Assembly: GCA_963793305.1 (NCBI GenBank)
Contig: CAWBZV010000003.1
Coordinates: 320,001-384,000 of the forward strand
From: an uncultured Gemmatimonadales bacterium
Lineage (GTDB): Bacteria; Gemmatimonadota; Gemmatimonadetes; Gemmatimonadales; Gemmatimonadaceae
Reading direction: 5' to 3'
Length of the DNA stretch: 64,000 bases
Shown: positions 1 through 9,880 of the stretch, piece after piece
How the letters are laid out: each line of letters begins with the position of its first letter
Position numbering within the stretch: the stretch's first letter is position 1
The notes under the pieces: model-generated
What the model was told of the DNA's origin: nothing
Database searches by the model: none
The model's input: only the letters and a program-made list of their open reading frames with translations
Position numbers and translations under genes: made by a program

Positions 1-2
1 CG

Positions 3-203
3 GGCGGGTTCGCCGTCGTCGTCTCGGCCACGGTCTTCTCGGCGTCCCATTACATTGGGCCGTACGGCGATCCGTGGGCGGTCCAATCGTTCGTGTACCG
101 GTTGATCAGCGGAATGGTGTTCAGTGCGTTGTATCTGACGCGCGGATTCGGCATCACCGCGTGGACGCACACGCTCTACGACTTGCTCGTTCTGGCGTTG
201 TAG
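3..203 (+). CDS. CPBP (CAAX/Abi) intramembrane glutamic endopeptidase, 3' end only
   Basis: Own translation of frame 3: ...VFSASHYIGPYGD...RGFGITAWTHTLYDLLVLAL*; FxxxH and HxxYD motifs of CPBP; truncated by window edge. Confidence 0.75.
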   Translation, partial: GGFAVVVSATVFSASHYIGPYGDPWAVQSFVYRLISGMVFSALYLTRGFGITAWTHTLYDLLVLAL

Positions 204-838
204 GGCGGGGCGCAGGGCTGATCGTAGGGCAACGTCACCGAGAGGCGCAGGGTGTCGCCCGGCGCAAACGCAAACCGGATCTGCTCGGCGCTGCAGAACG
301 GGTTGACGGCGTGGAACGAGCCGTCCTCGCCGGCCTGGATCCAGGACGCGGGGATCACGTTGCGCGACGCGTCCGCGTAGGCGGCGAGCTTGCCGGAGAG
401 GTCCGAGAAGGGCGCGGGATCATGTACGTTGCACACGTACGTGGCAACGGAGTCGCCCGGTGAGAACCGGCAGTCGCCGCTGCTCGTGAGGCGAAGTCGC
501 GCGTCGTAGAACGCCGAGCGGTCGGACACACCGGGCTCCGAGTCCATGACGACGCTCCAATAGTCCGACCGGTTGTCGGCACTACTCAGGAGCGCGGAGA
601 GCTCGGTCGCGAAGTTCTGCTTTACCTCGCGACGCGTCACATTGAGCTTGTCCTCGATCACGCCCGCGGCTTCCTCCGCCGCGACGGCCACCTTGTGGCG
701 CACGCGCTTGACCACCGCCACGGCCGCCGAGGGCTGCGCCGGCGCCGCAGCAGTGGGCTTCGCGGGCTGAGTCGCCTCACGATCCCCACCGCATGCGACG
801 ATGAACGTTGCCAGAGAGACAAGAAGGGCGGTGCGCAT
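176..838 (-). CDS. hypothetical lipoprotein
   Basis: ATG at 838 gives MRTALLVSLATFIVAC (lipobox-like) and a Pro/Ala linker; TATATT 9 nt upstream. Confidence 0.65.
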   Translation of the reverse strand: MRTALLVSLATFIVACGGDREATQPAKPTAAAPAQPSAAVAVVKRVRHKVAVAAEEAAGVIEDKLNVTRREVKQNFATELSALLSSADNRSDYWSVVMDSEPGVSDRSAFYDARLRLTSSGDCRFSPGDSVATYVCNVHDPAPFSDLSGKLAAYADASRNVIPASWIQAGEDGSFHAVNPFCSAEQIRFAFAPGDTLRLSVTLPYDQPCAPPYNARTSKS

Positions 839-855
839 TCCGTTACAAATATACG

Positions 856-2838
856 TTACCAAATTTGGGGTCGCACGTTCTCGGGACGAACCATTGGGTC
901 CCCAGCATGACACCCAAATGCCTGTGCAAACTCGGGCATGTCCGATAGCGGCCCATCGATCCGCCACCGACCTGGTGAGTGCGGATCGGTAATGGCCAGT
1001 TGCCGAGCGTACGCCGGACGCGTGTTCTCGCGCCAGATCTGCGCCACGGAGATGAAGAACCGCTGCTCAGGTGTAAATCCGGCGATGGTATCGCGCGTCT
1101 TGGTGGCGTACGCATGCTCCATCGCGATATACGCGAGTTTGAGGCCACCGATATCCGCGGTATTCTCGCCGAGCGTGAGGCGGCCATTCAGGCGGACGCT
1201 GTCGACGGCGATATACTGGGAATACTGGTCCGCGACGAGCGACGAGCGCTGGTTGTACTCCTTCGCGTCGTCGGCCGTCCACCAGTCCCGCAGGTTGCCC
1301 TCGGCGTCGTACTTCCGGCCTTGATCATCGAATCCATGCGTCATCTCATGGCCGATGACGTACCCGATGCCCCCGTAGTTCGAGGCATCGTCGGCCTGCG
1401 GATCAAAGAACGGCGGCTGGAGAATGCCGGCGGGGAACACGATTTCGTTCATTGACCCGTTGTAGTACGCATTCACGGTCGGCGGGCTCATTGTGAACTC
1501 AGTGCGATCCACCGGGTGACCGAGTTTCTTGATGCGCCGCTTCACGTCGAACGCGTTCGCCTCCAAGAAATTCAGCACGAACGGCCGGCGCTCGACCGTG
1601 AGGGACGAATAGTCCCGCCACTTGTCGGGATACCCGATCTTGTTGGCGAACGCCGCGAGCTTGATGATCGCCGCCTGTCGCGTGGCCGGGCTCATCCAAG
1701 CGAGCGTCGTGAGATCGTTCTTGAGCGTCTCTTCCATGTTGTGCACGAGGTCCAGCGCGCGTTGCTTGGCTTCGGGCGAAAACGCGCGGGCCACGTAGGC
1801 CTGGCCGAGCGCTTCGCCGAGTCCGCGGTCGGTGGCCAACACGCAGCGGCGCCAACGCGGCTGCATCGCCGGGACGCCGGTGAGCGTCTGGCGCATGCGG
1901 AAGTCTTCGTTCACGAACGCCGAGTCGAGCCAGGGCGCGGTCGTGTCGAGGAAGTGCCAGCGGAGATAGGCACGCCAGACGGAGATCGGCTGGTGCGTGA
2001 GCAGGCTGTCGAGCGCCGAGAGGAACCGGGGCTGCATGACGATGATGTCGGGTACGGCTGGCGCCTGTAGATCCGTGAGCCACGCGCGCCACTCGAGATG
2101 CGGCGCGATCGAGTCGGCGCCGGCGATCGTCACCTTGTGGTACGTGTTGTATGGATCGCGCCGCTCGACGCGCGTCATGGATGCATACGCGAGCGCGGTT
2201 TCTAATTGCACGATACTATCAGCTTCGGAACGAGCCAGCGCCGGCACGGTGCCAGAGAGCGCGAGCAGGCGACCGACGTGGGCGGCGTACTCCGAACGGA
2301 TGCGAGCCGACGTTGTGTCGGTCTTCGTGTAGTAGTCGCGGTCGGGGAGGCCAAGCCCGCCTTGCTGCACGTAGAGCACTTCCCGCGTGCTCTGTTTTCG
2401 ATCCTGGTTGACGTTGAACCCGAACGCCACATCGACGCCTTCCTCCTGCAGTCGTGCGATCTCGGCTCGGACGCTCGACGGTGTTGTGATCTCATCGATC
2501 CGCTTTAGCTCGCCGGCGACGGGCTTGAGCGCGGCGGCATCGGCCGCGGCCGAGTCCATGCACGTGGCGTAGTAGGTGCCGATCTTGGACGAGCCGTCCT
2601 TGGCGGCGCTATCGAGTATGTCGTGCAGGACGTTGCGGTTGTGCTCCTGCAGCGCGCTAAACGAACCCCACGAGGGATACTCTTTGGGAATCGGGTTCTG
2701 GGCCCGCCAGCCGCCGGTCGCGAACTGATAGAAGTCCGTGCACGGCGCGCACGTGGTGTCGAGGTTCGCACGGTCGATCCCGTGCTGGGCTCGCAATAGC
2801 GCCGGTACGAGCAAAACCAGGATCCAGAAGCGACTCAT
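856..2838 (-). CDS. M13 family zinc metallopeptidase (neprilysin/PepO-like), secreted
   Basis: Signal peptide, PCTDFYQFATGGW, VNAYY, HEMTH, GENTAD and DPHSP motifs. Confidence 0.95.
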   Translation of the reverse strand: MSRFWILVLLVPALLRAQHGIDRANLDTTCAPCTDFYQFATGGWRAQNPIPKEYPSWGSFSALQEHNRNVLHDILDSAAKDGSSKIGTYYATCMDSAAADAAALKPVAGELKRIDEITTPSSVRAEIARLQEEGVDVAFGFNVNQDRKQSTREVLYVQQGGLGLPDRDYYTKTDTTSARIRSEYAAHVGRLLALSGTVPALARSEADSIVQLETALAYASMTRVERRDPYNTYHKVTIAGADSIAPHLEWRAWLTDLQAPAVPDIIVMQPRFLSALDSLLTHQPISVWRAYLRWHFLDTTAPWLDSAFVNEDFRMRQTLTGVPAMQPRWRRCVLATDRGLGEALGQAYVARAFSPEAKQRALDLVHNMEETLKNDLTTLAWMSPATRQAAIIKLAAFANKIGYPDKWRDYSSLTVERRPFVLNFLEANAFDVKRRIKKLGHPVDRTEFTMSPPTVNAYYNGSMNEIVFPAGILQPPFFDPQADDASNYGGIGYVIGHEMTHGFDDQGRKYDAEGNLRDWWTADDAKEYNQRSSLVADQYSQYIAVDSVRLNGRLTLGENTADIGGLKLAYIAMEHAYATKTRDTIAGFTPEQRFFISVAQIWRENTRPAYARQLAITDPHSPGRWRIDGPLSDMPEFAQAFGCHAGDPMVRPENVRPQIW

Positions 2839-3371
2839 TGCTGGCGATCTCCCATTTTGCGCGCGCTGTCGGCCAGTGCGCGCAGTGTTGCCGAGTGAGG
2901 GTACTGCGCGAGCCCGCGCACGACGATATCGCTGGCTCGCGGATAGAGGCCGGTCGCGAGTGCCTGGGACGCCGCCGCGCGATACGTCTCCTCGGTCACG
3001 TCCGGCTGATTCATTAACGAGTCATACCGCACACTCGCTGTATCGCGAATCGCCTTGAAGTGCAGGAGCCGCGGATCGCCGGGATTGCTATGCAACGCCA
3101 GGTTGAGGAGCACCCGGGCGTTGCCCGCGTAGCCACCCTCGACCAGCAGGTGCGCCAGGGCGACGATCGCGTCGACGTTGTGGTGGTCCAAGTCCACGGC
3201 GCCCTCGTACGCCAACCGGGCGCTATCCCTCTGTCCTTTCGCCATCCAGGCATTGCCCTTCTCGAAGAACACCTTGGCCCGGGCCACGCGCGCGATGCTG
3301 TCGCCAGGGGTCCAGGGTCGCATCCGCTCCGCGCTATCAGGAGCGTGGACAGTTTGAGCGACTTGCGACAT
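2835..3371 (-). CDS. tetratricopeptide-repeat protein
   Basis: TPR-like helices (KGNAW...AYEGAVDLD; LAHLL...ALHSNP); 4-bp overlap with the M13 gene. Confidence 0.6.
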   Translation of the reverse strand: MSQVAQTVHAPDSAERMRPWTPGDSIARVARAKVFFEKGNAWMAKGQRDSARLAYEGAVDLDHHNVDAIVALAHLLVEGGYAGNARVLLNLALHSNPGDPRLLHFKAIRDTASVRYDSLMNQPDVTEETYRAAASQALATGLYPRASDIVVRGLAQYPHSATLRALADSARKMGDRQQ

Positions 3372-3407
3372 TAGCAAGACATACTAGCGACAATATCGCG
3401 ACTATTT

Positions 3408-5331
3408 TCATCTATTCAGTTTCTCCACGGCTTCTGTGGCCAAGGTCCATTCTTCCAGCGCGGCGTCCAATCTGCGACGGGCATCATCCAGTTGCGAGCC
3501 GAGTTTCGCGCTGCGCGTGACTCCGGCCGGCGTGGCGTAGAGCTGGGGATCGGCGAGCTGGGCCGTAAGTCGAGCGACCTCGGCTTCGGCCGCGGCGACT
3601 CGACCCTCTGCCACCTCGGCCGATCGTTGAGCCGTGCGGCGGTCCGGTCCCTTGGGCGTAGAGGGCGGGCGCTCGACCTTCTTATGCTCCCGCACCCGCC
3701 GTAACGCCACTTCCTCCTCCGCGGCGACGCGCGCGGCATGCGCCCGCTCCTCGCTCACGACCTCCCACTCGGCAAAACTGCCATCGAACACGGTCATCCG
3801 ACTCTCGTGCAGCACCCATACCCGCGTGGCCATCGCCCGCAACAGCGCCCGGTCGTGGCTCACGAGCAGCACGGTCCCAGGATACCGCTCGACTGCGTCC
3901 TCAATGGCTTCGATCGACTCCACGTCGAGATGGTTCGTCGGCTCATCGAGAATCAGCAGGTTCGCGCCCGATAACATCATCATCGCCAGCGCCACCCGTG
4001 CTCGCTCGCCACCCGACAAGCTCTCGGCCCGTCGCTGCACCTCGTCGCCAGAGAACCCGAACCGTCCGAGATGCCCCTGGATCTGGCCTCGGGTCCAGAG
4101 CGGCCTGAGATCGTTGATGGTCTCGTACAGCGTCTTGTCCAACGGCACCTGCGCGAGATCCTGGCGATAGTACGCGACCGTCGTCGACCCGCCGGTGCGC
4201 AGCACCCCGCCATCGACAGGCCGCTCGCCGACGATCGCCCTGAGCATCGTCGACTTGCCGGCGCCATTCGGACCCAAGATGCCGACGCGATCGCCACGCA
4301 TCACGCGCGCACTAAAATCGTTCAGCAACACGCGCTCGCCGAGCTCCAACCGTGCGTGCTCAGCCGACAGAACCTGATCACCGCCGCGCTCATGCACGTC
4401 GAGCCGCAACGCCATGGCATCCTCGGCCCCAACGGGCGGGCTCAAGCGGGGCAGCCGCTCCAGTTTTTTCCGCCGTCCCTTCGCCTGCTTCGTATTCTGC
4501 CCGGCGATATTCCGCCGGATATAGTCCTCTTCGTGCGCGATGGCTTTGCGCTGCTTGCTCACCGCGCGATCGAGCGTCAGCCGTCGCTCGGCGCGCTGCT
4601 CGACGAATGCCTCGTATCCGGCCGTGTATGGGACCGCCGTTCCACCTTCGAGGTGCAATATGTGATCAGCGACCGCGGCCAGAAATGCGCGATCGTGGCT
4701 GATCACGATCACCGTCTCGTCAGTCTCGGTGAGATACTGCTCCAGCCAGCGCGTGGTCTCGAGGTCCAGGTGATTCGTGGGCTCGTCGAGGAGCAGCACG
4801 TCGGCCGGCGCAACGAGTTGGCGCGCGAGCCCGAGACGTCCGCGCTCGCCGCCGCTGAGCGCTTCCAACGGCCGCTCGCGAGCCTCCGCCGGATCAAAGC
4901 CGAGGCCATGGAGCACGGCATCCACGCGCGGCGTGATCATATAACCGCCTTCGTGCTCGAATCGCTCCAGATCACGACCGTAGCGGGTGAGAGCATCCGC
5001 GTCGTCGAGTGCATGCGCCTGCTCGGCCAGCGACCGCTCCAGCGCGAGCAGCTCGGCGAATGGCCCAGCCGCGGCTTCCCAAACCGTCTGAGCCTCTCCG
5101 AAATCGCGATGCTGCTCCAGCATGGCGATGCGGAGCCCGCCGACCCGTGTCACCTGACCGCGCGTGGGCTGCTGATCTCCAGTGAGCAGCCGAAATAGCG
5201 TCGTCTTGCCGGTCCCGTTGCGCCCGACGATACCCCAGCGGTCGCCGGCCCCGACCGTGAACGTGACGTTCGGTCAAGAGGCGCGTCGCGCCGAATTCGA
5301 CGTCCACGCCCGACATGGCGATCTGCGTCAC
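3408..5331 (-). CDS. ABC-F family ATPase (Uup/YheS-like), +1 frameshift near 5270
   Basis: Two NBDs (GRNGTGKT, LSGGE, LLLDEPTNHLD twice) and a C-terminal coiled coil; GTG at 5331 joins the 3408..5153 ORF after removing one base. Confidence 0.9.
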
Positions 5332-5678
5332 GCGGCCACCACCCACGCTTTCCAGGTCTCTTCGGACGAGCCGATCGTGAGCTTGTTCTGCCAGCGCACG
5401 AGTGGCGTCTTGAGCAGCATGGGCTCTTCGACCAGCCGGTCGAGCCACCGCTCGTCGGAGTATCGCGCGCTCGCGAGCCCAAGCGCGGTGTAGGCCTTGC
5501 CACCTTTATCGATCAGCGCGCCGACGCCGAATTTCTGCGCAAACCGCGTGAGCTCGCCGAGCGACGCGGCTCTCTCGTTGAGGTCCACGAAATGCGTCTT
5601 GATCCGCCGCTCGGCGAAAAATCGCAACGCCTTTCGGGTGTCGGTGCACTTTTTCGTCCCAAAGACCTGAACTTCCAT
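5328..5678 (-). CDS. ArsC/Spx/YffB family thioredoxin-fold protein
   Basis: VFGTKKCTDTRKALRFF...PMLLKTPLV pattern. Confidence 0.85.
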   Translation of the reverse strand: MEVQVFGTKKCTDTRKALRFFAERRIKTHFVDLNERAASLGELTRFAQKFGVGALIDKGGKAYTALGLASARYSDERWLDRLVEEPMLLKTPLVRWQNKLTIGSSEETWKAWVVAA

Positions 5679-5701
5679 AGGGGCAAAATCTACCTTTGGG
5701 A

Positions 5702-6703
5702 ATGCACCCGTACCGCCCCGCGTGGTGGATCCCCGGACCGCACGTGCGTACGCTCTGGGGACGTTTCGTCCGCCGGCCGCCCGTAGTCCACACGCGGCGC
5801 GAGCAGTGGGATACGCCGGACGGCGACGTGCTCGATGTCGACCGGCTCGACGCGGCGCACCCCGACGCGCCTCGTCTCATCCTGCTGCACGGGCTCGAAG
5901 GGACGGCCCGGTCGCACTATGCGCGCGGGATGCTGGTCGAGGCCCGGGAGCGCGGGTGGGGCGCTGACTTCCTGCTCTTCCGGTCGTGCGGCGGCGCCCT
6001 CAATCGCACCCGCCGCTTCTATCACTCGGGGGACACCGGGGACCTCGATCTCGTCGTGGGTCGCAACCGCCTGGAGCATCCGGCTTCGCCCATCGTGCTG
6101 GCGGGATTTTCTCTTGGCGGCAACGTCCTCCTCAAGTGGCTGGCCGAGCACCGGGATCAGTCCATCGCCGGCGCCGCGGCGATCTCGGTGCCTTTCGACC
6201 TCGGTCGCGGAGCGCGACATATCGACAGGGGCTTTGCGCGAGTCTACCAGGCCAACTTCATCGCGTCGCTCAAGCGAAAGGTCTACGCGAAGCTCGAGCG
6301 ATTTCCCGATCTCGTGGACCGGCGCAAGCTCGATGCGGTGCGATCGATCATCGAGTTCGATGACCTATTGACGGCGCCCCTTCACGGGTTTGCGGACGCG
6401 GACGACTACTACACGCGTTCGAGCGCCCTGGCGGTCTTGAAGGACGTGCGGGTCCCGACGTTGTTGCTCAGCGCGGTCGACGACCCGTTCTTGCCCGCGG
6501 CCGTCCTGGACGATGTCCGCGCGGTGGCACAAGCGAACCCCGCGCTCCACGTCGAGTTCGTGGAGCGCGGGGGCCATGTCGGTTTTGTCAGCGGGACCCT
6601 GCCGTGGCGCCCGGTCTACTACGCCGAGCAGCGCGTGAGCTCGTTCCTGGCGTCACTGCTGCCGAATCAGAGCCGTGAGCGCGCGAGCGCGTTCGGCATC
6701 TGA
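5702..6703 (+). CDS. YheT-family alpha/beta hydrolase
   Basis: HGLEG, GFSLGG nucleophile elbow, DDPF, GGHVGF. Confidence 0.9.
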   Translation: MHPYRPAWWIPGPHVRTLWGRFVRRPPVVHTRREQWDTPDGDVLDVDRLDAAHPDAPRLILLHGLEGTARSHYARGMLVEARERGWGADFLLFRSCGGALNRTRRFYHSGDTGDLDLVVGRNRLEHPASPIVLAGFSLGGNVLLKWLAEHRDQSIAGAAAISVPFDLGRGARHIDRGFARVYQANFIASLKRKVYAKLERFPDLVDRRKLDAVRSIIEFDDLLTAPLHGFADADDYYTRSSALAVLKDVRVPTLLLSAVDDPFLPAAVLDDVRAVAQANPALHVEFVERGGHVGFVSGTLPWRPVYYAEQRVSSFLASLLPNQSRERASAFGI

Positions 6704-7567
6704 CGCTATCGTGCGCGCCGTCGTCAGGTAGGCCGTCCGCACGGTGTCCGCGCTCGAGCAGCGCGCGGCAACGGTGACCAAGACACGGGTCTTCTCGTGG
6801 TCCGACGCGATCTTGCGCGCCGCGGTAAGGGTAGCGATCGCGAACGGGTCGAGCGCAGGCCCCGACGTGGGCCCATGCTCGACCGCCGCGATGAGCGCGC
6901 GACTCCGATCGTAGTCGCCGCTGATCGCGCTCACGGCGCCAAAGTACGTATCGCGGCAGTCCTGTGACGCGAAATCGATCTCGTCGGCCGCATCGAGCAG
7001 GAGCTCGGTCCGCTCGTAGTCCGAGTTCATGTGCTTGGCGAGCGACGCGATCTGGCACGACTGGTCGGCGTCGAGCTTGGTTGTGGCGGCGAGCTTCTTG
7101 AGATACGCGCGCTTCGCGCCGTCGGACGCGTCGCTGAGATCAGCGATGACCGCCGAGGGGCCGCCCTGAGCCATGAGCATTGGGAACCGGACCGACGCGA
7201 GCGCGCCAGTCATATGGTCGACCTGCACGAGCAGCTCGCCGAACCAGTCGGCCGCGTAGTGGTCCCATGGTTTCGACATGCCATCGACCGTGTACTTCCG
7301 GTCGAGCATGCCGGCCTTCTCAGAGAAGTCCACGCGACGGGTATGATCGCCGTATTGCTCGATGACGGTCAGCATGCCGCCGGGCGATAGTCGGGCGATG
7401 TCTCTCCCGTCGTCGGTATACCAGACCTCGCCGTCCGCGGTCCAGTCGAGTTTACAGTCGGACGTTATCCACTGCAGATGCCAGTGGTGGTTGTCCGAGT
7501 CGTCGTGCAGTTGGTAGTGGTTGGTCGTCGCGGCACACGCGCCGAGGAGTGCGATGGCGAGTATCAT
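6653..7567 (-). CDS. lipoprotein with C-terminal helical repeats
   Basis: MILAIALLGAC lipobox; repeats of the type IASDHEKTRVL / MNSDYERTELL. Confidence 0.7.
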   Translation of the reverse strand: MILAIALLGACAATTNHYQLHDDSDNHHWHLQWITSDCKLDWTADGEVWYTDDGRDIARLSPGGMLTVIEQYGDHTRRVDFSEKAGMLDRKYTVDGMSKPWDHYAADWFGELLVQVDHMTGALASVRFPMLMAQGGPSAVIADLSDASDGAKRAYLKKLAATTKLDADQSCQIASLAKHMNSDYERTELLLDAADEIDFASQDCRDTYFGAVSAISGDYDRSRALIAAVEHGPTSGPALDPFAIATLTAARKIASDHEKTRVLVTVAARCSSADTVRTAYLTTARTIASDAERARALTALIRQQ

Positions 7568-7572
7568 GGGAG

Positions 7573-9454
7573 TCAGTCTCCGCCGCCGCTGACGACGTAG
7601 TGATAGTCGACGCCGCCGCCGAGCGTCGTCAGACAGATATTGAACTCGTGCGAGACCGCCGCGTCGCTGAGCCAGCCGCCGTGCACGACCGCTCGGAGCA
7701 CGCGGACTTTGTCGCTGCTCGATGGCAGATCGGTCGCCGCGTTGAGCGCGAGGCGGGCGATCATGGCATTCTGCGTCGGGTTCGAGCGGCCGCGCGCGCG
7801 TGCCTCGCCGAGCACGGCGAGCAGCACGCGGGTGCGTTCGGAGCTCGACGCCATCGTGGCGGCGGCGGCAAAGAACTCGTGGCGCAGCGCGGGGTCGGTC
7901 AGGGGATCGAGACCGGCGACCGTGCGCAGGACTCCGCCCTTGTCATGGTCCGACGCCATTTTCCCGGCGGAGCGTACGACCTCGATCAGCGTTTGCTCAT
8001 CGCGGTCGCCCCGTCCGACGAGCGCCAGCAGCACGCGCCTGCGCTCGGTACTGGACGCCATCGTGTTGATCGCGCCGAAGAACGCGTGCCGGAGCGTGTC
8101 GCTCGCGCCGTAGCGCTGGCCGATCTCGAACAGCACCTGGCGCTTCGCGGCATCGGACGCGATGGTCGCCGCGGCCTCGGCGATGTCGGCCAGCGCGACG
8201 TAGTTGTTGGTCCAGCCTCCGCCCACGGCACGCACGACGGGCCGCGCCGTCGTCGCCTGAGGGGTCTCCGCCAGAGCCGATACGGCGGGCAGGACGACGA
8301 CGGCAGGATCGACTGTCGGTGTCCCGACTGGGCGCACGGCGGCGATCGTGACGACGCTGAAGGCCGCGACCACGAGCGCACCCGCGATCCGGCGCGCGCC
8401 GAGCGGACCGCGACGCACGGCCGCGTCGAGGATCGAGAGCAGCCGGCCTTCGATCTCCGTCCGGCGGGCCATCGCCAGTGCTGCAGCGGCGGGAGCCGTA
8501 GGCCCATTCAGCGTCTGCACGAGATCCAGGAGATCGCCGGCGTAGCGCGACGGACGCGCGCCTGAGCCGAGCACGAGATCGTCGCACGCGCGCTCGCGCT
8601 CCAGGCGCATACGAGCCGCCGCGAGCCACGCGAGAGGGTGGAACCAGAAGAGCGCGACCGCGCACTGGCCGACGATATGTGTCAGCACATTCGAGTCGGC
8701 GCACGTGCGCCAGCTCGTGCGTCAGGACAAGTGCCCGGCGCTCGTCGTCCCAGTCCTCGGCATCTTCCGGCAGGATGATTACGGGTGCCAGGATCCCACA
8801 CGTCACCGGCACGGCACCCGCGGGGCCAACGCGCAATGTCACGCGGCGATAGACGCCGAGTGGGCGCGCGACCCGCTTGAGGAGCGCCAGCCATTCGGGG
8901 TCGGTCACCGGGACTGCCTCTCGCACAATCGCCCGGACGCGGGCCATGCCGAGCAGCAGCCGGCCGAGCACGAGGAGCACGCCCGCGGCCCATATCGCCC
9001 AGCGGGCATCCCATACGCGCTGCCCAATCCCCACCCCCACCCTGCGATCCACCCTGTGCGGGGCAACGATGTACGCGGTCGCCGAAGGCGCTGCGTACAC
9101 GGGAGCCGCGACCGGCGTCGTCGTGCGATGCACATGCTCGCGCGACCGAACGTGAGCGTGAGTTCGCGGCCGAACGACCGTGACCTCGGGCTCAGCTGCC
9201 GGCGCAGGCTCGGCGATCGCCACAGGTGCGGGGTCGGGCGCAAGGGCCGTCGTCGAGACGAGCACGGGCACGGGCACGGGCACGGGGACTTGCACCGCCG
9301 GCCCGAGTCGAACGACTGCGGGAAGCACGAGCAGTCCGGCGAGCGCCGACGCCCATAGGAGGTGCCGGGCAGCGGCCGACGCCCGTCTCAAGACACCCGC
9401 CGCCGCGAACGCGAACACCAGGATCAGTGTGCCCCGAATGACCAAGTCGAGCAT
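7573..9454 (-). CDS. M56 family (BlaR1/MecR1-like) metallopeptidase with helical-repeat C-terminus, +1 frameshift near 8690
   Basis: SAAARHLLW, HELAHVRR in the 7997..9454 ORF continues as WFHPLAW, ERERACDD in the 7573..8688 ORF. Confidence 0.9.
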
Positions 9455-9456
9455 GA

Positions 9457-9846
9457 TCAGCGCCCCTCCTCGCTGGCGCGCCGAATGAGAGCCGTGAGCC
9501 GCGCGCGCTCCTCTTTGGTCAGCACCCGCGCCGACCCATCGAGGAGCGCCGCCACGGCTTGGGCGGTCGAACCATCAAAGAACGTCTTCACGAGATGCTC
9601 GACTGCGTTCTGTCGCGCCGATTCCTTCGCGACCGTGGGCTTATAGACATATCGCGGCCCGTCCTCGTGATGTTTCACATGGCCCTTGTCCTCGAGCGTC
9701 CTGAGCATCGCCCGCACGGCCGAATAGCTCGGCGGATCGGGCATCTCGTCCATGACATTGGCGACGGTCCCTTCGCCGCGCCGAAACAACACGTTCATGA
9801 TCTGCCGCTCACGGCGGCTCAGTCGGGGCTCTAGCGACTCAGGCAT
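9457..9846 (-). CDS. BlaI/MecI/CopY family transcriptional repressor
   Basis: LSRRERQIMNVL...SYSAVRAMLRTLEDKGHV...FFDGS; directly upstream of the M56 gene. Confidence 0.92.
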   Translation of the reverse strand: MPESLEPRLSRRERQIMNVLFRRGEGTVANVMDEMPDPPSYSAVRAMLRTLEDKGHVKHHEDGPRYVYKPTVAKESARQNAVEHLVKTFFDGSTAQAVAALLDGSARVLTKEERARLTALIRRASEEGR

Positions 9847-9880
9847 GCTAGGTATCTAGCATCATGCTGAAAAACTAGCA
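9845..9880. promoter_or_regulatory. tandem inverted repeats, probable operators of the BlaI-family repressor
   Basis: ATGCTAG-GTAT-CTAGCAT (9845-9862) and imperfect TGCTGA-AAAA-CTAGCA (9865-9880); the first overlaps the repressor start codon. Confidence 0.65.

Noticed and set aside
9262..9288. (GCACGG)n hexamer repeat
   Set aside because: In-frame VPVPVP linker of the M56 protein; ordinary low-complexity coding sequence
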